A program made the position numbers and the translations under genes. This document shows, one piece after another, positions 1-11,047 of a stretch of 64,000 bases of DNA; within the stretch, counting starts at the first letter, position 1, and every line of letters begins with the position of its first letter. Source of the stretch: a virus. The stretch spans positions 1 through 64,000 of IMG/VR virus record IMGVR_UViG_3300025704_000015; one strand, given 5' to 3'. The notes below the pieces were generated by a model that was given only the letters and a program-made list of their open reading frames with translations, ran no database searches and had not been told where the DNA came from.

Positions 1-2
1 TA

Positions 3-80
3 ATTAAAGAAGACGTAAAGGCTATTGAAACAAAGGTTGATATTTTACTCGATCGTGAGTTTAAGAGAAATGCTAATTAG
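3..80 (+). CDS. 3' end of an ORF truncated by the window edge (IKEDVKAIETKVDILLDREFKRNAN*)
   Basis: Open frame from the window start to TAG at 78-80; coiled-coil-like. Confidence 0.4.
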   Translation: MKEDVKAIETKVDILLDREFKRNAN

Positions 81-173
81 CGTTATTATTTAAAGATATA
101 TTTTTATAAATATATTATATAAAGTAGAGATTTAGGATTTATTTCTGCTTTAAACACCACACACATAAAATAT

Positions 174-656
174 ATGACGCCTTACGAAACCTTTAAAGCT
201 TTTGCTCAATTACAGTCTATAGCTTGGACTTTGCCGATGCTGGCCCTATGTATCATTGTTGTCTTTAAAGCTTTTAAGCCTGCAAAGAATGCTAATAAGA
301 AGGGTGCCAGCAATTCTTCAGAAAAAATGAGATGGTTTCTTACCGGAATTTTTATTGGGTTCCTTGGAAATATTCTTGATAATACATACTGGGCTTTTTA
401 TTGGGGAGCTGGTTATTTACAAATGCAAGAACCTGTTGATGCATTAATTAGTTTTGGTGTTTTTCCTAACCTTGTTTTTAGACAAGGGATGACATTGTTA
501 GCTGCGTATTGCCATATAAAAGCTTTTATACCTGCAGAAAATAAATTATTAGCTAAGAAGGTTCATAAGATATTTATTGCTACTATTATTTTGGGGCAAG
601 GGTATATTCTATTACTGATCGCTTTAAAATACGGTTTGTTCTTAAACGCCAAATAA
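174..656 (+). CDS. hypothetical multi-pass membrane protein
   Basis: 160 aa with about 4 hydrophobic segments; TATAAATA at 105-112 upstream. Confidence 0.6.
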   Translation: MTPYETFKAFAQLQSIAWTLPMLALCIIVVFKAFKPAKNANKKGASNSSEKMRWFLTGIFIGFLGNILDNTYWAFYWGAGYLQMQEPVDALISFGVFPNLVFRQGMTLLAAYCHIKAFIPAENKLLAKKVHKIFIATIILGQGYILLLIALKYGLFLNAK

Positions 657-844
657 GTTTATTTCTTCTTGATCGGATTTAAACTTTCCTTTATCTCCGG
701 CAGAAAAGTAAATATCATTGCCTTCTTTTTTATAGATCATGATATAATCTATGTCTCCACATCCGAGTTTTTTAAATAATTCCCGAGCGCCTTTGTTAAT
801 GTATACTATTTCATTATTCATACAATTTATATATAATAAGTTTA

Positions 845-852
845 TATAAATA
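845..852 (+). promoter_or_regulatory. T4-type late promoter TATAAATA (others at 105, 9585, 13825, 27882, 28860, 29381, 34834, 44839, 49958; minus strand 49505-49512, 63410-63417, 63802-63809)
   Basis: Exact T4 gp55 consensus upstream of structural and putative virion genes. Confidence 0.85.
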
Positions 853-857
853 ATAGT

Positions 858-1610
858 ATGGCTAGACCAGAAACAAGAGACCAATTAGCAGAATATTGTT
901 TAAGAGCTTTAGGCGCTCCTGTCATTGAAATTAACCTTGATGAAGATCAAATCGATGATCGCATTGATGAAGCTATTCAATTTTATCAGGAGTACCATTC
1001 AGATGCAGTAGTAAGAACCTTTGTTAAACATGAGATAACGCAAGATACTATTGATAATAGGGAAATTCAATTACCAGATTCAATATTAAGCGTAACTCGA
1101 ATCAGAGGTTTAAATTCATCAAGTCTTGGTGGAATGTTTAGTGTTAAATATCAAATGCACCTTAATGATGTTGCTGGATTGAATGGATCAAACGGCGGAG
1201 GATTAGTAAACTATGAAATGACTAAACAAAACCTTTCATTAATTGATGATATTATAAATGGTCATTCTCAACAGGTTTCATATAGTCGCCACAAAAATAC
1301 AATTAAAATACATAGCGATATTACAGGTTATGCCGGCGTTGGAAATTTTATTCTTGTTGAATGTTACCAAACAATAGATCCAAATTCATATCCTGAAGTA
1401 TATAATGATATGGCTTTAAAAGAATTATTAACACTACTTCTTAAAAAACAATGGGGTGCAAATCTAATTAAATTTGAAGGAATGCAACTACCGGGCGGCG
1501 TAACAATAAACGGGAGGCCAATTTATGATGACGCTGTAACAGATTTAAAAGAACTTAAAGAAAGATGGCAATTACAATATGAAGCACCCGTTGATTTTTA
1601 TTGTGGTTAA
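858..1610 (+). CDS. gp13: neck protein gp13
   Basis: YCLRALGAPVIEIN...DEAIQFYQEYH and KKQWGANLIKFEGMQLPGGVTING motifs; synteny. Confidence 0.92.
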   Translation: MARPETRDQLAEYCLRALGAPVIEINLDEDQIDDRIDEAIQFYQEYHSDAVVRTFVKHEITQDTIDNREIQLPDSILSVTRIRGLNSSSLGGMFSVKYQMHLNDVAGLNGSNGGGLVNYEMTKQNLSLIDDIINGHSQQVSYSRHKNTIKIHSDITGYAGVGNFILVECYQTIDPNSYPEVYNDMALKELLTLLLKKQWGANLIKFEGMQLPGGVTINGRPIYDDAVTDLKELKERWQLQYEAPVDFYCG

Positions 1611-1622
1611 AATATAATACCA

Positions 1623-2558
1623 ATGGCTTTAAATAAATATTTTCAAAACGGCGCTAAGTCTGAACAAAACTTATATGAGTCTCTTGTTATAGAGTCCATA
1701 CAGATTCATGGCATTGACGTTTATTATATTCCTCGTAAGATTATTAAGAGGGACTTTGTTTTAAATGAAGACGTGGTTTCAACCTTTGATAAAGCATTCA
1801 AAGTTGAAATGTATGTTGAGGAAATGGAGGGCTTTGAAGGAGATTCTAAAATTTATGAAAAGTTTGGTTTAGAAGTTAGAGATGAAATGACGTTACGCGT
1901 CGCTAAGTATCGATGGAACCAACTTATTCAGCGTCACGGTTATGCTGATGATGCAGTGCGTCCAAGAGAGGGCGATTTAATTTATGTGCCTCTTTATAAA
2001 TCTATTTTTGAAATTCGTTATTCTGATTCTAAAAAACCATTTTATCAATTACAAGACTTACCATTATTTACTCTTACATGCGAGAAGTTTGAATATGAAG
2101 GACAAGAAATTGATACAGGCATTGACGATATTGATGACATACAAGAAAAACTTTCTCAAGGATTTACTTTTGTTATTGATTCCAAAACAGAACCAAATTT
2201 TATTGATGGAGAAACATTAACATTTACTACACCCGGCGGTATAACTGGTAATACAGAGTTCTTTGAATATAATATAGTTCCAGATAGTGACCCAATTGTT
2301 GAAGAAATGAGAGTTGGCACTTTAACGTTTGATGACGGATATTTCCATAATATTGAGGCTAACACATCATTCTTAGGTACTGAAAGCGGGGGCTCTTTAA
2401 TTATAAGTGAACTAAGAAGCCTTGACGATTCCGACTCTGATATATTTAATTCAGATCATTGGGCAGGTAATGCAACGTTTGCTGATGCGGCTAACGGTTT
2501 AGAATTTATTGACTTTTCAGAGAGCAATCCATTCGGTGAACCATTTAATTTCCAATAA
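1623..2558 (+). CDS. gp14: neck protein gp14
   Basis: ESIQIHGIDVYYIPR, FGLEVRDE, PREGDLIY and DFSESNPFG motifs; follows gp13. Confidence 0.9.
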   Translation: MALNKYFQNGAKSEQNLYESLVIESIQIHGIDVYYIPRKIIKRDFVLNEDVVSTFDKAFKVEMYVEEMEGFEGDSKIYEKFGLEVRDEMTLRVAKYRWNQLIQRHGYADDAVRPREGDLIYVPLYKSIFEIRYSDSKKPFYQLQDLPLFTLTCEKFEYEGQEIDTGIDDIDDIQEKLSQGFTFVIDSKTEPNFIDGETLTFTTPGGITGNTEFFEYNIVPDSDPIVEEMRVGTLTFDDGYFHNIEANTSFLGTESGGSLIISELRSLDDSDSDIFNSDHWAGNATFADAANGLEFIDFSESNPFGEPFNFQ

Positions 2559-2568
2559 ATAAAAAACT

Positions 2569-3348
2569 ATGCTAGGACACGATTATTTTTACCATGCCAA
2601 TGTTCGAAAGATCATTAGTGTGTTTGGCTCATTATTTAATGATATCTATATTGGTAAGCGAGTTGATGGCGCGTTAACAAGCGTTCAGCGAGTTCCTTTA
2701 GCCTATGCGCCAAGAGAAAGATATTTGGCAAGAATAAATGAATCTACCCTTGATGAATCTATTGCTATTAAATTACCAAGAATGTCATTTGAGATTGCTG
2801 ATATTACATATGACGCTGCTACTAAGTTAACAAAATTTAATCAAACAATACAAAAGGACGCTGATGGAAATTGCTTTAATGTATTTCAAGCAGTACCTTA
2901 TAACATGACAATTGATTTAAATGTTTTATCTAGATCTCAAGACGAAGCTCTTCAAATCGTTGAACAAATTTTACCATTCTTTAGCCCTTCATATACGCTT
3001 TCAGTAAAAGGTTTAGAAGGTCCTGAGAGTATAACAGATATTCCAATAAGCCTAAACTCCCTTGATCATGAAGATTCGTATCAAGGTGGTATTAAAGATT
3101 CACGAAGAACTATTATATATACATTGAGCTTTGGCGTTAAGGTTAAGTTTGCAGGGCCTTTAATACCATGTAATAACGGCGGTTTAATTAAAGCTATTGA
3201 TGTAAGTATTATGGAAGAAGAAGGCAAAGATGCCTTTGGCGGCGTTGAAGTTAAAACGGCACTGAGAGCGCAAACCGAAGATGATTTTGATTGTGTTGTT
3301 AACTTAGGAATCATTGATCCTGATAGAGATATTTGGCCAGATGATTAA
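2569..3348 (+). CDS. gp15: tail sheath stabilizer/terminator gp15
   Basis: FGSLFNDI, VPLAYAP, LPRMSFE, LQIVEQILPFF motifs. Confidence 0.9.
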   Translation: MLGHDYFYHANVRKIISVFGSLFNDIYIGKRVDGALTSVQRVPLAYAPRERYLARINESTLDESIAIKLPRMSFEIADITYDAATKLTKFNQTIQKDADGNCFNVFQAVPYNMTIDLNVLSRSQDEALQIVEQILPFFSPSYTLSVKGLEGPESITDIPISLNSLDHEDSYQGGIKDSRRTIIYTLSFGVKVKFAGPLIPCNNGGLIKAIDVSIMEEEGKDAFGGVEVKTALRAQTEDDFDCVVNLGIIDPDRDIWPDD

Positions 3349-3372
3349 GGCAATTTTTAAATAAATTATATT

Positions 3373-3819
3373 ATGAGTAAAGATAAAAACGAAATTTTAA
3401 AATCACTTGAGAATAATATTCCAAGTGAAATGAAAAATAATATGGAACTCCGCCCTTTAAAAAAGGAGCCAACTCAAGACCGCCTTATATCAGATGCTGA
3501 AGAGGATTTTGAAATAGCTCGTAAACAAATTAAAAGTTTAATTGATACTAGTGGAGAAGCTATTGAGCAGATGCATAACTTAGCAGCTGACGCAGAACAT
3601 CCTCGTGCTTTTGAAGTTCTTGGTGCTTTAATAAAGCAAACCGCAGAAATGAATGGGCAGCTTTTAGATTTACAAAAACAACGAAAGGCTTTAATTAAAG
3701 ACGAAAATAAAGCAGCGTCCACCACTACAAATAACAGTATTTTTGTTGGCACTACAACAGAGTTACAAAATTTATTAAAAGGTGATGATAACGCTGACAA
3801 TATAATCGAAGTTGATTAA
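3373..3819 (+). CDS. gp16: terminase small subunit gp16
   Basis: HPRAFEV and NNSIFVGTTTELQ motifs; precedes gp17. Confidence 0.88.
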   Translation: MSKDKNEILKSLENNIPSEMKNNMELRPLKKEPTQDRLISDAEEDFEIARKQIKSLIDTSGEAIEQMHNLAADAEHPRAFEVLGALIKQTAEMNGQLLDLQKQRKALIKDENKAASTTTNNSIFVGTTTELQNLLKGDDNADNIIEVD

Positions 3820-3821
3820 AG

Positions 3822-5405
3822 ATGAAAAATAATTCTTATAATGGTAATACCTTTATTAAAGCGGATGGAGTACAACAAAGCTTTACTAAAGAAGAAGTAA
3901 TTGAATATAAGAAATGTATGAATAATATTTCATACTTCTGCGAAAAATATGTTAAGGTAATTAGTTTAGATAAAGGATTAGTTCCATTTAAATTAAGAGG
4001 GTACCAAGAAGATCTTGTAAACCATTATAAAGATAATCGTTTTAGTATTGTTTTAGCTTGCCGTCAAAGTGGTAAAAGTATCACGTCAATAGCATGGCTA
4101 CTTCATTACTTAGTATTTAATTCAAATAAGAAGATCGGTATTCTTGCCAATAAAGGAGCAACTGCAAGAGAAATGCTTGCGAGGCTAACTCTAATGTTAG
4201 AGAATTTACCATTCTTTTTACAGCCTGGCTGTAAAGTTTTAAATAAAGGTAATATTATTTTCAGTCATAACTCTGAGATTATTGCCGGAGCTACTAGTTC
4301 TAGTAGTATTCGTGGTTTGAGTTTGAATGTTGTATTCCTTGATGAGTTTGCTTTCGTTCAAAGGTCGGAAGAGTTTTACACTAGTACATATCCAGTTATT
4401 ACTTCTGGTGAAGACACTAAGGTAATTATTACAAGCACTCCAAATGGACTTGGTAATATGTTTTATAAACTATGGGAAGGCGCTGTCCAAAAAGCTAATA
4501 ACTTTGCGCCATACACAGTTAGTTGGTGGGATGTTCCAGGCAGAGATGAAGCTTGGAAAAAAGAAACTATTGCTAATACATCTGCCGTTCAATTTAAACA
4601 AGAATTTGAAATTGAGTTTATTGGTAGCTCTCATACTTTAATTGATACAAATGTTCTTTTAGGAATGAATTCACGAAATCCTGAAAAAATTCAACATGAT
4701 ATTAATTATTATGAAGAGCCAAATCTTAGTCATACTTATGTTTTAACTGCAGATGTTTCAAAGGGAAGAGGACAAGACTATAGTACTTTTTCTGTCATTG
4801 ATATAACAAACCAACCATTTAAACAAGTTTGTACATATAGAAATAATACAATTTCCCCGCTATTATTCCCAGATGTTATTATTAGAGCAGCAAAAACATA
4901 TAACGATGCGCTTGTAATTATAGAGAATAATGATGCAGGACAAGTAGTATGTAATGCTGTTTATTATGAACATGAGTATGAAAATACTTTTACAACAAGC
5001 ACAGTAAAATCAAATGGTATTGGCGTAACAATGTCTGCAAAAGTTAAACGAATGGGCTGTTCTAACTTAAAAGATTTGTTAGAAGGCGGTAAATTATTAT
5101 TGGTTGATCCCAATACAATAGCAGAATTTAGTTCGTTTGAGCCAAAGGGTAACTCATATTCGGGTGCAAGTGGAACACACGATGATTCTGTAATGAACTT
5201 TGTTTTATTTGCATGGTTTGTTAGTACTGACTTTTTCAGATCATTAACTGATATAGAAATTAAAGATCTTCTATATAAAGAAAGGATTCTGGAAATGGAA
5301 GAGGATCTACCTCCATTTGGTTATATGCATGGATCTAAAGATAATAGAAACGATGAGCATAGTAACTTAGTAGATAATATTAAAGATTGGAAATCGGCCT
5401 TTTAA
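3822..5405 (+). CDS. gp17: terminase large subunit gp17
   Basis: Walker A RQSGKS, Walker B LDEFAF, STPNG, nuclease motifs DVSKGRGQDYS and HDD. Confidence 0.96.
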   Translation: MKNNSYNGNTFIKADGVQQSFTKEEVIEYKKCMNNISYFCEKYVKVISLDKGLVPFKLRGYQEDLVNHYKDNRFSIVLACRQSGKSITSIAWLLHYLVFNSNKKIGILANKGATAREMLARLTLMLENLPFFLQPGCKVLNKGNIIFSHNSEIIAGATSSSSIRGLSLNVVFLDEFAFVQRSEEFYTSTYPVITSGEDTKVIITSTPNGLGNMFYKLWEGAVQKANNFAPYTVSWWDVPGRDEAWKKETIANTSAVQFKQEFEIEFIGSSHTLIDTNVLLGMNSRNPEKIQHDINYYEEPNLSHTYVLTADVSKGRGQDYSTFSVIDITNQPFKQVCTYRNNTISPLLFPDVIIRAAKTYNDALVIIENNDAGQVVCNAVYYEHEYENTFTTSTVKSNGIGVTMSAKVKRMGCSNLKDLLEGGKLLLVDPNTIAEFSSFEPKGNSYSGASGTHDDSVMNFVLFAWFVSTDFFRSLTDIEIKDLLYKERILEMEEDLPPFGYMHGSKDNRNDEHSNLVDNIKDWKSAF

Positions 5406-5495
5406 GGGCCGTTATAAAATAAATATTGTTATTGAGAATATTCTTATTATGCTAATTATAAATTGTAAAACAAAATACACTGAAAGGAAAAACTT

Positions 5496-7340
5496 ATGGG
5501 ATTTTTAGTATCACCTGGAGTTGAGATCAAAGAAACTGATCTCACAGATATAGTGCCAGCACAATCCACCTCTATTGGTGGATATGCAGGGTACTTTCGT
5601 TGGGGACCGTCGGGACGTTTAGTCACGGTAGGCTCAGAAACAGACCTCGCTAAGGTTTTTGGAACACCAGAAATCAAGGGAGAAATCGAAGTTAGCTTCT
5701 TAACTGCTGCTAGCTTTTTAAAATATGGCAATTCATTAAAAGTAGCGCGGGCCGTTAATGGCTCTTATAACGCGACATCAGGAGGCGCAGGTATGGATAC
5801 TATTCCAGCACCAGCCGGCTTCACTGGCGATTATGACCCAGGCGTAATTAATGGACAAGACGACTTAGATAGATTATCATCTGAATTACTTGGGATTGAT
5901 TCGAATATCGTTGCACGATATGCGGGTTCTTTAGGTAACTCACTGCGTGTTTATTTTATAACAGAAGACAATTGGGACACAGTAGATAGTACCATTAAAG
6001 CTCAATTAGGATATAAACCAACCAACACTGTTTGGGCGGAAAATCTTTTAGGCGATACAACTGCAAAAGATGAAATTCACGTATTGGTTGTAGACCAAGG
6101 TGGTGCATTTTCTGGAGATCAAGGTAGCATTCTTGAAATTTACCAAGGTTTATCAATGGCAGCAAATGCAAAAGATGAGTTTGGTGAGTCTAACTATTGG
6201 GTTTCTAAATTAAATGGAGGAAGTTCATATGTTTGGGCCGTTCGTCCTACTGAAGAGCCTATTCTTGTTCAAGGAGCGCTTATAGATTTTTATGCTGGAA
6301 TTAATAGTATTTTACAAGAGGTTACAGAGACCACCGGCACAGTGACAGTTCCAGTGGAAGGTTTTGAAGAATATTATGTTGATCTCGCAGATGGAATGGA
6401 CGACGCCGATTATACTGCAGATCCTGTAGTGGAGGCAATCGAATTATTTGGCGATTATGAAACCGTTGATGTTAACTTGATTTTTGCACAGAACTTTACA
6501 GAGCTTGCTCTTGATTACGATTATGTAACGTCAAAAACCAAAACCGTTGATGATAAACTTTTAGAAATTGCTAATACACGTAAAGACTGTATGGCATTCC
6601 TTTCTGCTCCTTTAAAGGTTAAAGAATACACAAATGATGTCGACCGATTGAATGAGGTATTATGGAAATTTGAAGGTAAATCTGGCTCCGGAGGTGTTAC
6701 TTCTACAAGTTATGCAGTATTTGATAGTACTCCTGCTTATGTTTATAATCGTTATAAAGACCAATATGTTTGGATTCCTTTATGCGGTCATATTGCAGGT
6801 CTTTGCGCAAATACAGATAATGTTTCAGAGCCATGGTTCTCTCCAGCTGGATTAAACCGAGGTAATATTCAAAGTGTTATTAAACTTGCTTACAATCCTA
6901 AGCAGGCCGATCGTGATGAATTATACAAGAAAAGAGTTAACCCAGTGGTTTCTTTCCCTGGCCAAGGTATCGTTCTATATGGTGATAAGACAGCCCTAGC
7001 ACGTCCTTCTGCGTTTGATCGCATTAATGTTCGTAGGTTGTTTATGACCGTTGAGAAGGCAATTGCTACATCTGCTAAATTCCAGTTATTTGAAATTAAC
7101 GACGAGTTTACAAGATCAGCTTTTGTTAATGCAATCGCGCCATTCTTACGAGATGTTCAAGGTCGTCGAGGAATCGAAGACTTTAAGATAGTGTGTGACT
7201 CATCGAATAATACATCACAAGTTGTTGATGGAAACCGATTCGTTGCTGATATTTACATCAAGCCGTTACGTTCAATTAACTTTATCACGCTTAACTTTAT
7301 AGCTACCAGAACAGGTGCTATTTTTGAAGAGCTGGTTTAA
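5496..7340 (+). CDS. gp18: tail sheath protein gp18
   Basis: SPGVEIKETD start, WFSPAGLNRG, FDRINVRRLF. Confidence 0.96.
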   Translation: MGFLVSPGVEIKETDLTDIVPAQSTSIGGYAGYFRWGPSGRLVTVGSETDLAKVFGTPEIKGEIEVSFLTAASFLKYGNSLKVARAVNGSYNATSGGAGMDTIPAPAGFTGDYDPGVINGQDDLDRLSSELLGIDSNIVARYAGSLGNSLRVYFITEDNWDTVDSTIKAQLGYKPTNTVWAENLLGDTTAKDEIHVLVVDQGGAFSGDQGSILEIYQGLSMAANAKDEFGESNYWVSKLNGGSSYVWAVRPTEEPILVQGALIDFYAGINSILQEVTETTGTVTVPVEGFEEYYVDLADGMDDADYTADPVVEAIELFGDYETVDVNLIFAQNFTELALDYDYVTSKTKTVDDKLLEIANTRKDCMAFLSAPLKVKEYTNDVDRLNEVLWKFEGKSGSGGVTSTSYAVFDSTPAYVYNRYKDQYVWIPLCGHIAGLCANTDNVSEPWFSPAGLNRGNIQSVIKLAYNPKQADRDELYKKRVNPVVSFPGQGIVLYGDKTALARPSAFDRINVRRLFMTVEKAIATSAKFQLFEINDEFTRSAFVNAIAPFLRDVQGRRGIEDFKIVCDSSNNTSQVVDGNRFVADIYIKPLRSINFITLNFIATRTGAIFEELV

Positions 7341-7385
7341 TAAAGGATTGATAAATATTAATATAAACAGTAGAAAATAAAAAAA

Positions 7386-7973
7386 ATGAGTAATATATCA
7401 GATTTTAAATCACAATTAACAGGGGGAGGCGCAAGGCCAAACCTATTCAAATGTAAAGTGTTTTTTCCGCCTGAGCTTTCAACAGATACGTTGACTAAGC
7501 TTGGTAGCTTTATGATCAAAGGAGCGCAACTTCCATCGAGTGTTATAGCACCCGTCGAAGTTCCTTACCTAGGTCGTAAGTTAAAGGTTGCAGGAGACCG
7601 TACATTTGAACCATGGACGATTACAGTTATTAACGACGAAAACATGCTTATAAGGGATGCCTTTGAAACATGGATGGATCTTATTAACGATAATAAAGCA
7701 AACACGTCTCAGTACAGCCAATCAGGCGAAGCGCTAAACTATATGCGCCCTGTAGAAGTTGAGCAACTTGGTCGTGATGGCGCAGGTCATGGACTCTCAT
7801 CCGGACTTGGTGCTGCGATTAAGGGTTATAAATTAATCGATGCATTCCCAACAAACATCAGTGCAATTGATCTTAATTATGAAACCAACGATACGATTGA
7901 AGAGTTTACAGTAGAATTTAATTACCAATATTGGGTAAGTAATACCACTGCTGCAACATCAGATTCAAACTAA
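7386..7973 (+). CDS. gp19: tail tube protein gp19
   Basis: GGARPNLF, AGDRTFEPWTITVIND, IEEFTVEF. Confidence 0.95.
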   Translation: MSNISDFKSQLTGGGARPNLFKCKVFFPPELSTDTLTKLGSFMIKGAQLPSSVIAPVEVPYLGRKLKVAGDRTFEPWTITVINDENMLIRDAFETWMDLINDNKANTSQYSQSGEALNYMRPVEVEQLGRDGAGHGLSSGLGAAIKGYKLIDAFPTNISAIDLNYETNDTIEEFTVEFNYQYWVSNTTAATSDSN

Positions 7974-8002
7974 TCGTTATAATTAGTTAAAACAAATTAA
8001 GT

Positions 8003-8041
8003 CTTAGAATTACCCTGAGTTGATCTTGGGGTAATTCTAAG
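8003..8041 (+). terminator. stem-loop between gp19 and gp20 (terminator or processing site)
   Basis: CTTAGAATTACCC...GGGTAATTCTAAG inverted repeat; no clear U-tract. Confidence 0.5.
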
Positions 8042-8056
8042 CATTATATATAATAT

Positions 8057-9559
8057 ATGAATGTATTCGGATTTGACATAAGTAAAAAGCTAAAGAAAGC
8101 AAATATACTAGACGATGAAAGTGACGCAAAGGATTCTATTGAAAGTTTTGCTCCGCCTTTAAATGATGACGGCTCTGCTGTTTTTTCATCAGGGGCGGCG
8201 TCTGGTTATTATGGGCAAGTTCTCGATTTGGATAATTTAAATATTCAAAACGAAAAAGATCTAATTAAAAGTTATAGAACGGCGGCAGCTCAACCTGAGT
8301 GCGATCTCGCAATTAATGATATTGTTAATGCTGCTATTGTTGGAGATTCTAATACTGCTCCTGTAAATTTAGTTCTTGACGATGTAGATTTAACGGATGG
8401 TATTAAAAAGAAATTTAGAGATGAGTTTGATACAATTATTAAACTATTAAAATTTAATTTTAATTCACATGACGTCTTTAGGCGGTGGTATATTGATGGT
8501 AAACTATATTACCATTTAATGATTGATTCTGAAAATATTAAACAAGGTATTAAAGATGTTCGATTAATTGATCCTTTACATATTCGTAAAGTAAAAGAAG
8601 TTACTAAGAAAGTTAGTAAAAGAACCGGTGAAGAAACCACTGGTGTTACTAAAGAGTATTACCTTTATGGGCAAGATATGTCTGCAGGAAACCAGGCTTT
8701 AAAAATCGACCCAAATGTTATTGTATATGTTCCATCGGGAACAACAGACGAAACACAAAAAATTTCAACGTCATATCTTCATAAAAGTGTAAAACTAGTA
8801 AACCAATTGCGTGTAATGGAAGACGCTCTTGTTATTTACAGAATATCACGAGCTCCTGAACGCCGCATATTTTATATTGATATTGGTAACCTTCCTAAAG
8901 GTAAAGCCGAAGAATATGTTCAAGGAATTATGTCTAAGTATCGTAATAAGTTAATTTACGATGCGCGAACTGGAGAAGTTCAGGATGAAAGTAAGAGCAT
9001 GAGTATGCTCGAAGATTTTTGGTTACCACGCCGTGAAGGTGGTCGAGGAACAGAGATTACTACGCTCCCAGGCGGTGAGAATCTTTCTCAAATTGATGAT
9101 GTTATCTTTTTCCAAAAGAAACTATATCGTTCATTAAATGTTCCGTTAAGTAGGATTGATTCTGAAAGCACTTATAACGCTGGACGAGTTAGTGAGATTT
9201 CAAGAGAAGAAGTAAAATTCCAAAAGTTTATTAATAGACTTCGCCGTAAGTTTTCGGTATTGTTTATTAATATGCTTAGAGTACAGTGCTTGCTAAAACG
9301 CATTTGTACTGAAGAAGAATGGGATGATATTGAACAGAAAATAGCAATTGACTTTATTGAAGATAACTATTTTTCAGAGTTAAAGGACTTTGAAATCCTA
9401 AGAGAACGCATTACAATGTTAGAACAAATACAGCCATTTATTGGTAAGTATTATTCTAAGAAGTGGGTAAGATCTAATGTTCTTAACTTCACTGACGAGG
9501 ATGTTGAAAGAATCGACGCTGAAATTGAAGAAGATCCTGTTGATGATGATGAGTTTTAA
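8057..9559 (+). CDS. gp20: portal protein gp20
   Basis: YRISRAPERRIFYIDIGNLP and EDFWLPRREGGRGTEITTLPGG. Confidence 0.97.
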   Translation: MNVFGFDISKKLKKANILDDESDAKDSIESFAPPLNDDGSAVFSSGAASGYYGQVLDLDNLNIQNEKDLIKSYRTAAAQPECDLAINDIVNAAIVGDSNTAPVNLVLDDVDLTDGIKKKFRDEFDTIIKLLKFNFNSHDVFRRWYIDGKLYYHLMIDSENIKQGIKDVRLIDPLHIRKVKEVTKKVSKRTGEETTGVTKEYYLYGQDMSAGNQALKIDPNVIVYVPSGTTDETQKISTSYLHKSVKLVNQLRVMEDALVIYRISRAPERRIFYIDIGNLPKGKAEEYVQGIMSKYRNKLIYDARTGEVQDESKSMSMLEDFWLPRREGGRGTEITTLPGGENLSQIDDVIFFQKKLYRSLNVPLSRIDSESTYNAGRVSEISREEVKFQKFINRLRRKFSVLFINMLRVQCLLKRICTEEEWDDIEQKIAIDFIEDNYFSELKDFEILRERITMLEQIQPFIGKYYSKKWVRSNVLNFTDEDVERIDAEIEEDPVDDDEF

Positions 9560-9604
9560 AATAGATGCTTAAAACAAAAAATTATATAAATAAATAATAT
9601 TAAA

Positions 9605-10270
9605 ATGAATACAAACGAATTAATAAAAAGCATAGTTTCAGGCGATACTAAGCAATCTTCTTCGATTTTAAATACTCTTTTAAAAGATAAAGTTAAAACT
9701 GAAATTGATTTACAAAGAGTAACTGCAGCAAATAACATTTTTACTGATGCTGAAGATGTTGTTGAAGCTTGTGGCAAAGAGAAAAAGAAGAAGAGTAAAG
9801 AAGAAGTAGAAGAAGGTAATGAATTTACTAAAGCTGCTGCTAAAGCAGTTATTGATGGCGAAGAGGAATTCGAATTCAACGGTAAGACTTACAAAGCAAC
9901 TATTGATAAAGAAGCTGCTAAAAAAATCCTTGGTATTAAAGAAGATAATTTAGAAGAATCGACGGTAAATCTCAAATCTCTACATGGTAAGCCTTATTCG
10001 GTTTGGCATAATTTTAAATTAAGTGATTACAATAAAAAACGTGATGAAGTTTTAGCCTTTTTCCATAAACTTACTAATTCAAATAAGAAAGAGGTCTTTA
10101 TAGATGGAGAAGATATTGTTATTATGCATCGTGGAAAACCACATACAATGCCAGCCTTTTCTAAGAGAAGCGGCATTACTTTTAAAAATGTTTACGATGA
10201 TATTATAAAACTTTTAGATTCTGTACAACATAATTCAAGTTCGATAAATGAAGCAACAAGATTTGCATAA
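9605..10270 (+). CDS. prohead core protein (gp67/gp68 position) with extra C-terminal modules
   Basis: Lies between portal and protease; late promoter at 9585; several L/I/V-x-E sites. Confidence 0.6.
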   Translation: MNTNELIKSIVSGDTKQSSSILNTLLKDKVKTEIDLQRVTAANNIFTDAEDVVEACGKEKKKKSKEEVEEGNEFTKAAAKAVIDGEEEFEFNGKTYKATIDKEAAKKILGIKEDNLEESTVNLKSLHGKPYSVWHNFKLSDYNKKRDEVLAFFHKLTNSNKKEVFIDGEDIVIMHRGKPHTMPAFSKRSGITFKNVYDDIIKLLDSVQHNSSSINEATRFA

Positions 10271-10271
10271 T

Positions 10272-10928
10272 ATGAAACTAATAACAGAACACAACGAGGA
10301 GCTAAATTACCTCACCGAAACAAAGGATGGCAAAAAGAGTCATATCATCGAAGGTATCTTTATGCAAGCCGATCAGCTTAATCATAATAAAAGGATTTAC
10401 CCAAAGGCAATTCTAGAAGGTTCGGTTAAAAAATACGTTGAGAATTACGTTGCAAAAGGTCGCGCAGTTGGTGAATTAAACCATCCTGAAGGCCCTTCAA
10501 TTAATTTGGATAAAGTATCTCATCGTATTACAGAGCTTAGCTGGAATGGTAACAATGTTATTGGTAAAGCAAAGATTCTTGATACTCCAATGGGAACAAT
10601 CGTTAAGGGATTACTTGAAGGCGGTTGCCAACTTGGTGTTAGTTCACGAGGAATGGGCAGTGTATCAAAAAATCGCCAAGGCGTTGATGTTGTTAACGAA
10701 GACTTTATTTTAGCAACAGTTGATATTGTACAAGATCCTTCAGCTCCGAGCGCATTTGTAAATGGTATTATGGAAGGCGTTGAGTACTTCTTTGAAGGAA
10801 ACCAAATCGTTACAAAAGCAGCAGAGCATATTAAAGCTGAGGCTGACAAACTTTCTTTAAATCAATTAGAAGAGCAACAGCAGCAGCTGTTCTCATCCTT
10901 TCTTAAGGATATTTCAATTGATTTATAA
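10272..10928 (+). CDS. gp21: prohead protease gp21 (start probably MKLITE at 10272)
   Basis: GELNHP, GVSSRGMGS and DIVQDPSAPSAFV catalytic motifs. Confidence 0.95.
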   Translation: MKLITEHNEELNYLTETKDGKKSHIIEGIFMQADQLNHNKRIYPKAILEGSVKKYVENYVAKGRAVGELNHPEGPSINLDKVSHRITELSWNGNNVIGKAKILDTPMGTIVKGLLEGGCQLGVSSRGMGSVSKNRQGVDVVNEDFILATVDIVQDPSAPSAFVNGIMEGVEYFFEGNQIVTKAAEHIKAEADKLSLNQLEEQQQQLFSSFLKDISIDL

Positions 10929-11047
10929 ACAAATTTTTTATTATGGTTAATGTGAGAATTTATAGTATGGGAAATAATGAATATTAATGAGACTGAGATC
11001 GCTTATGATTTCCTCTCCAACTTAAAAGAAACTAAGAAAAACTAAAT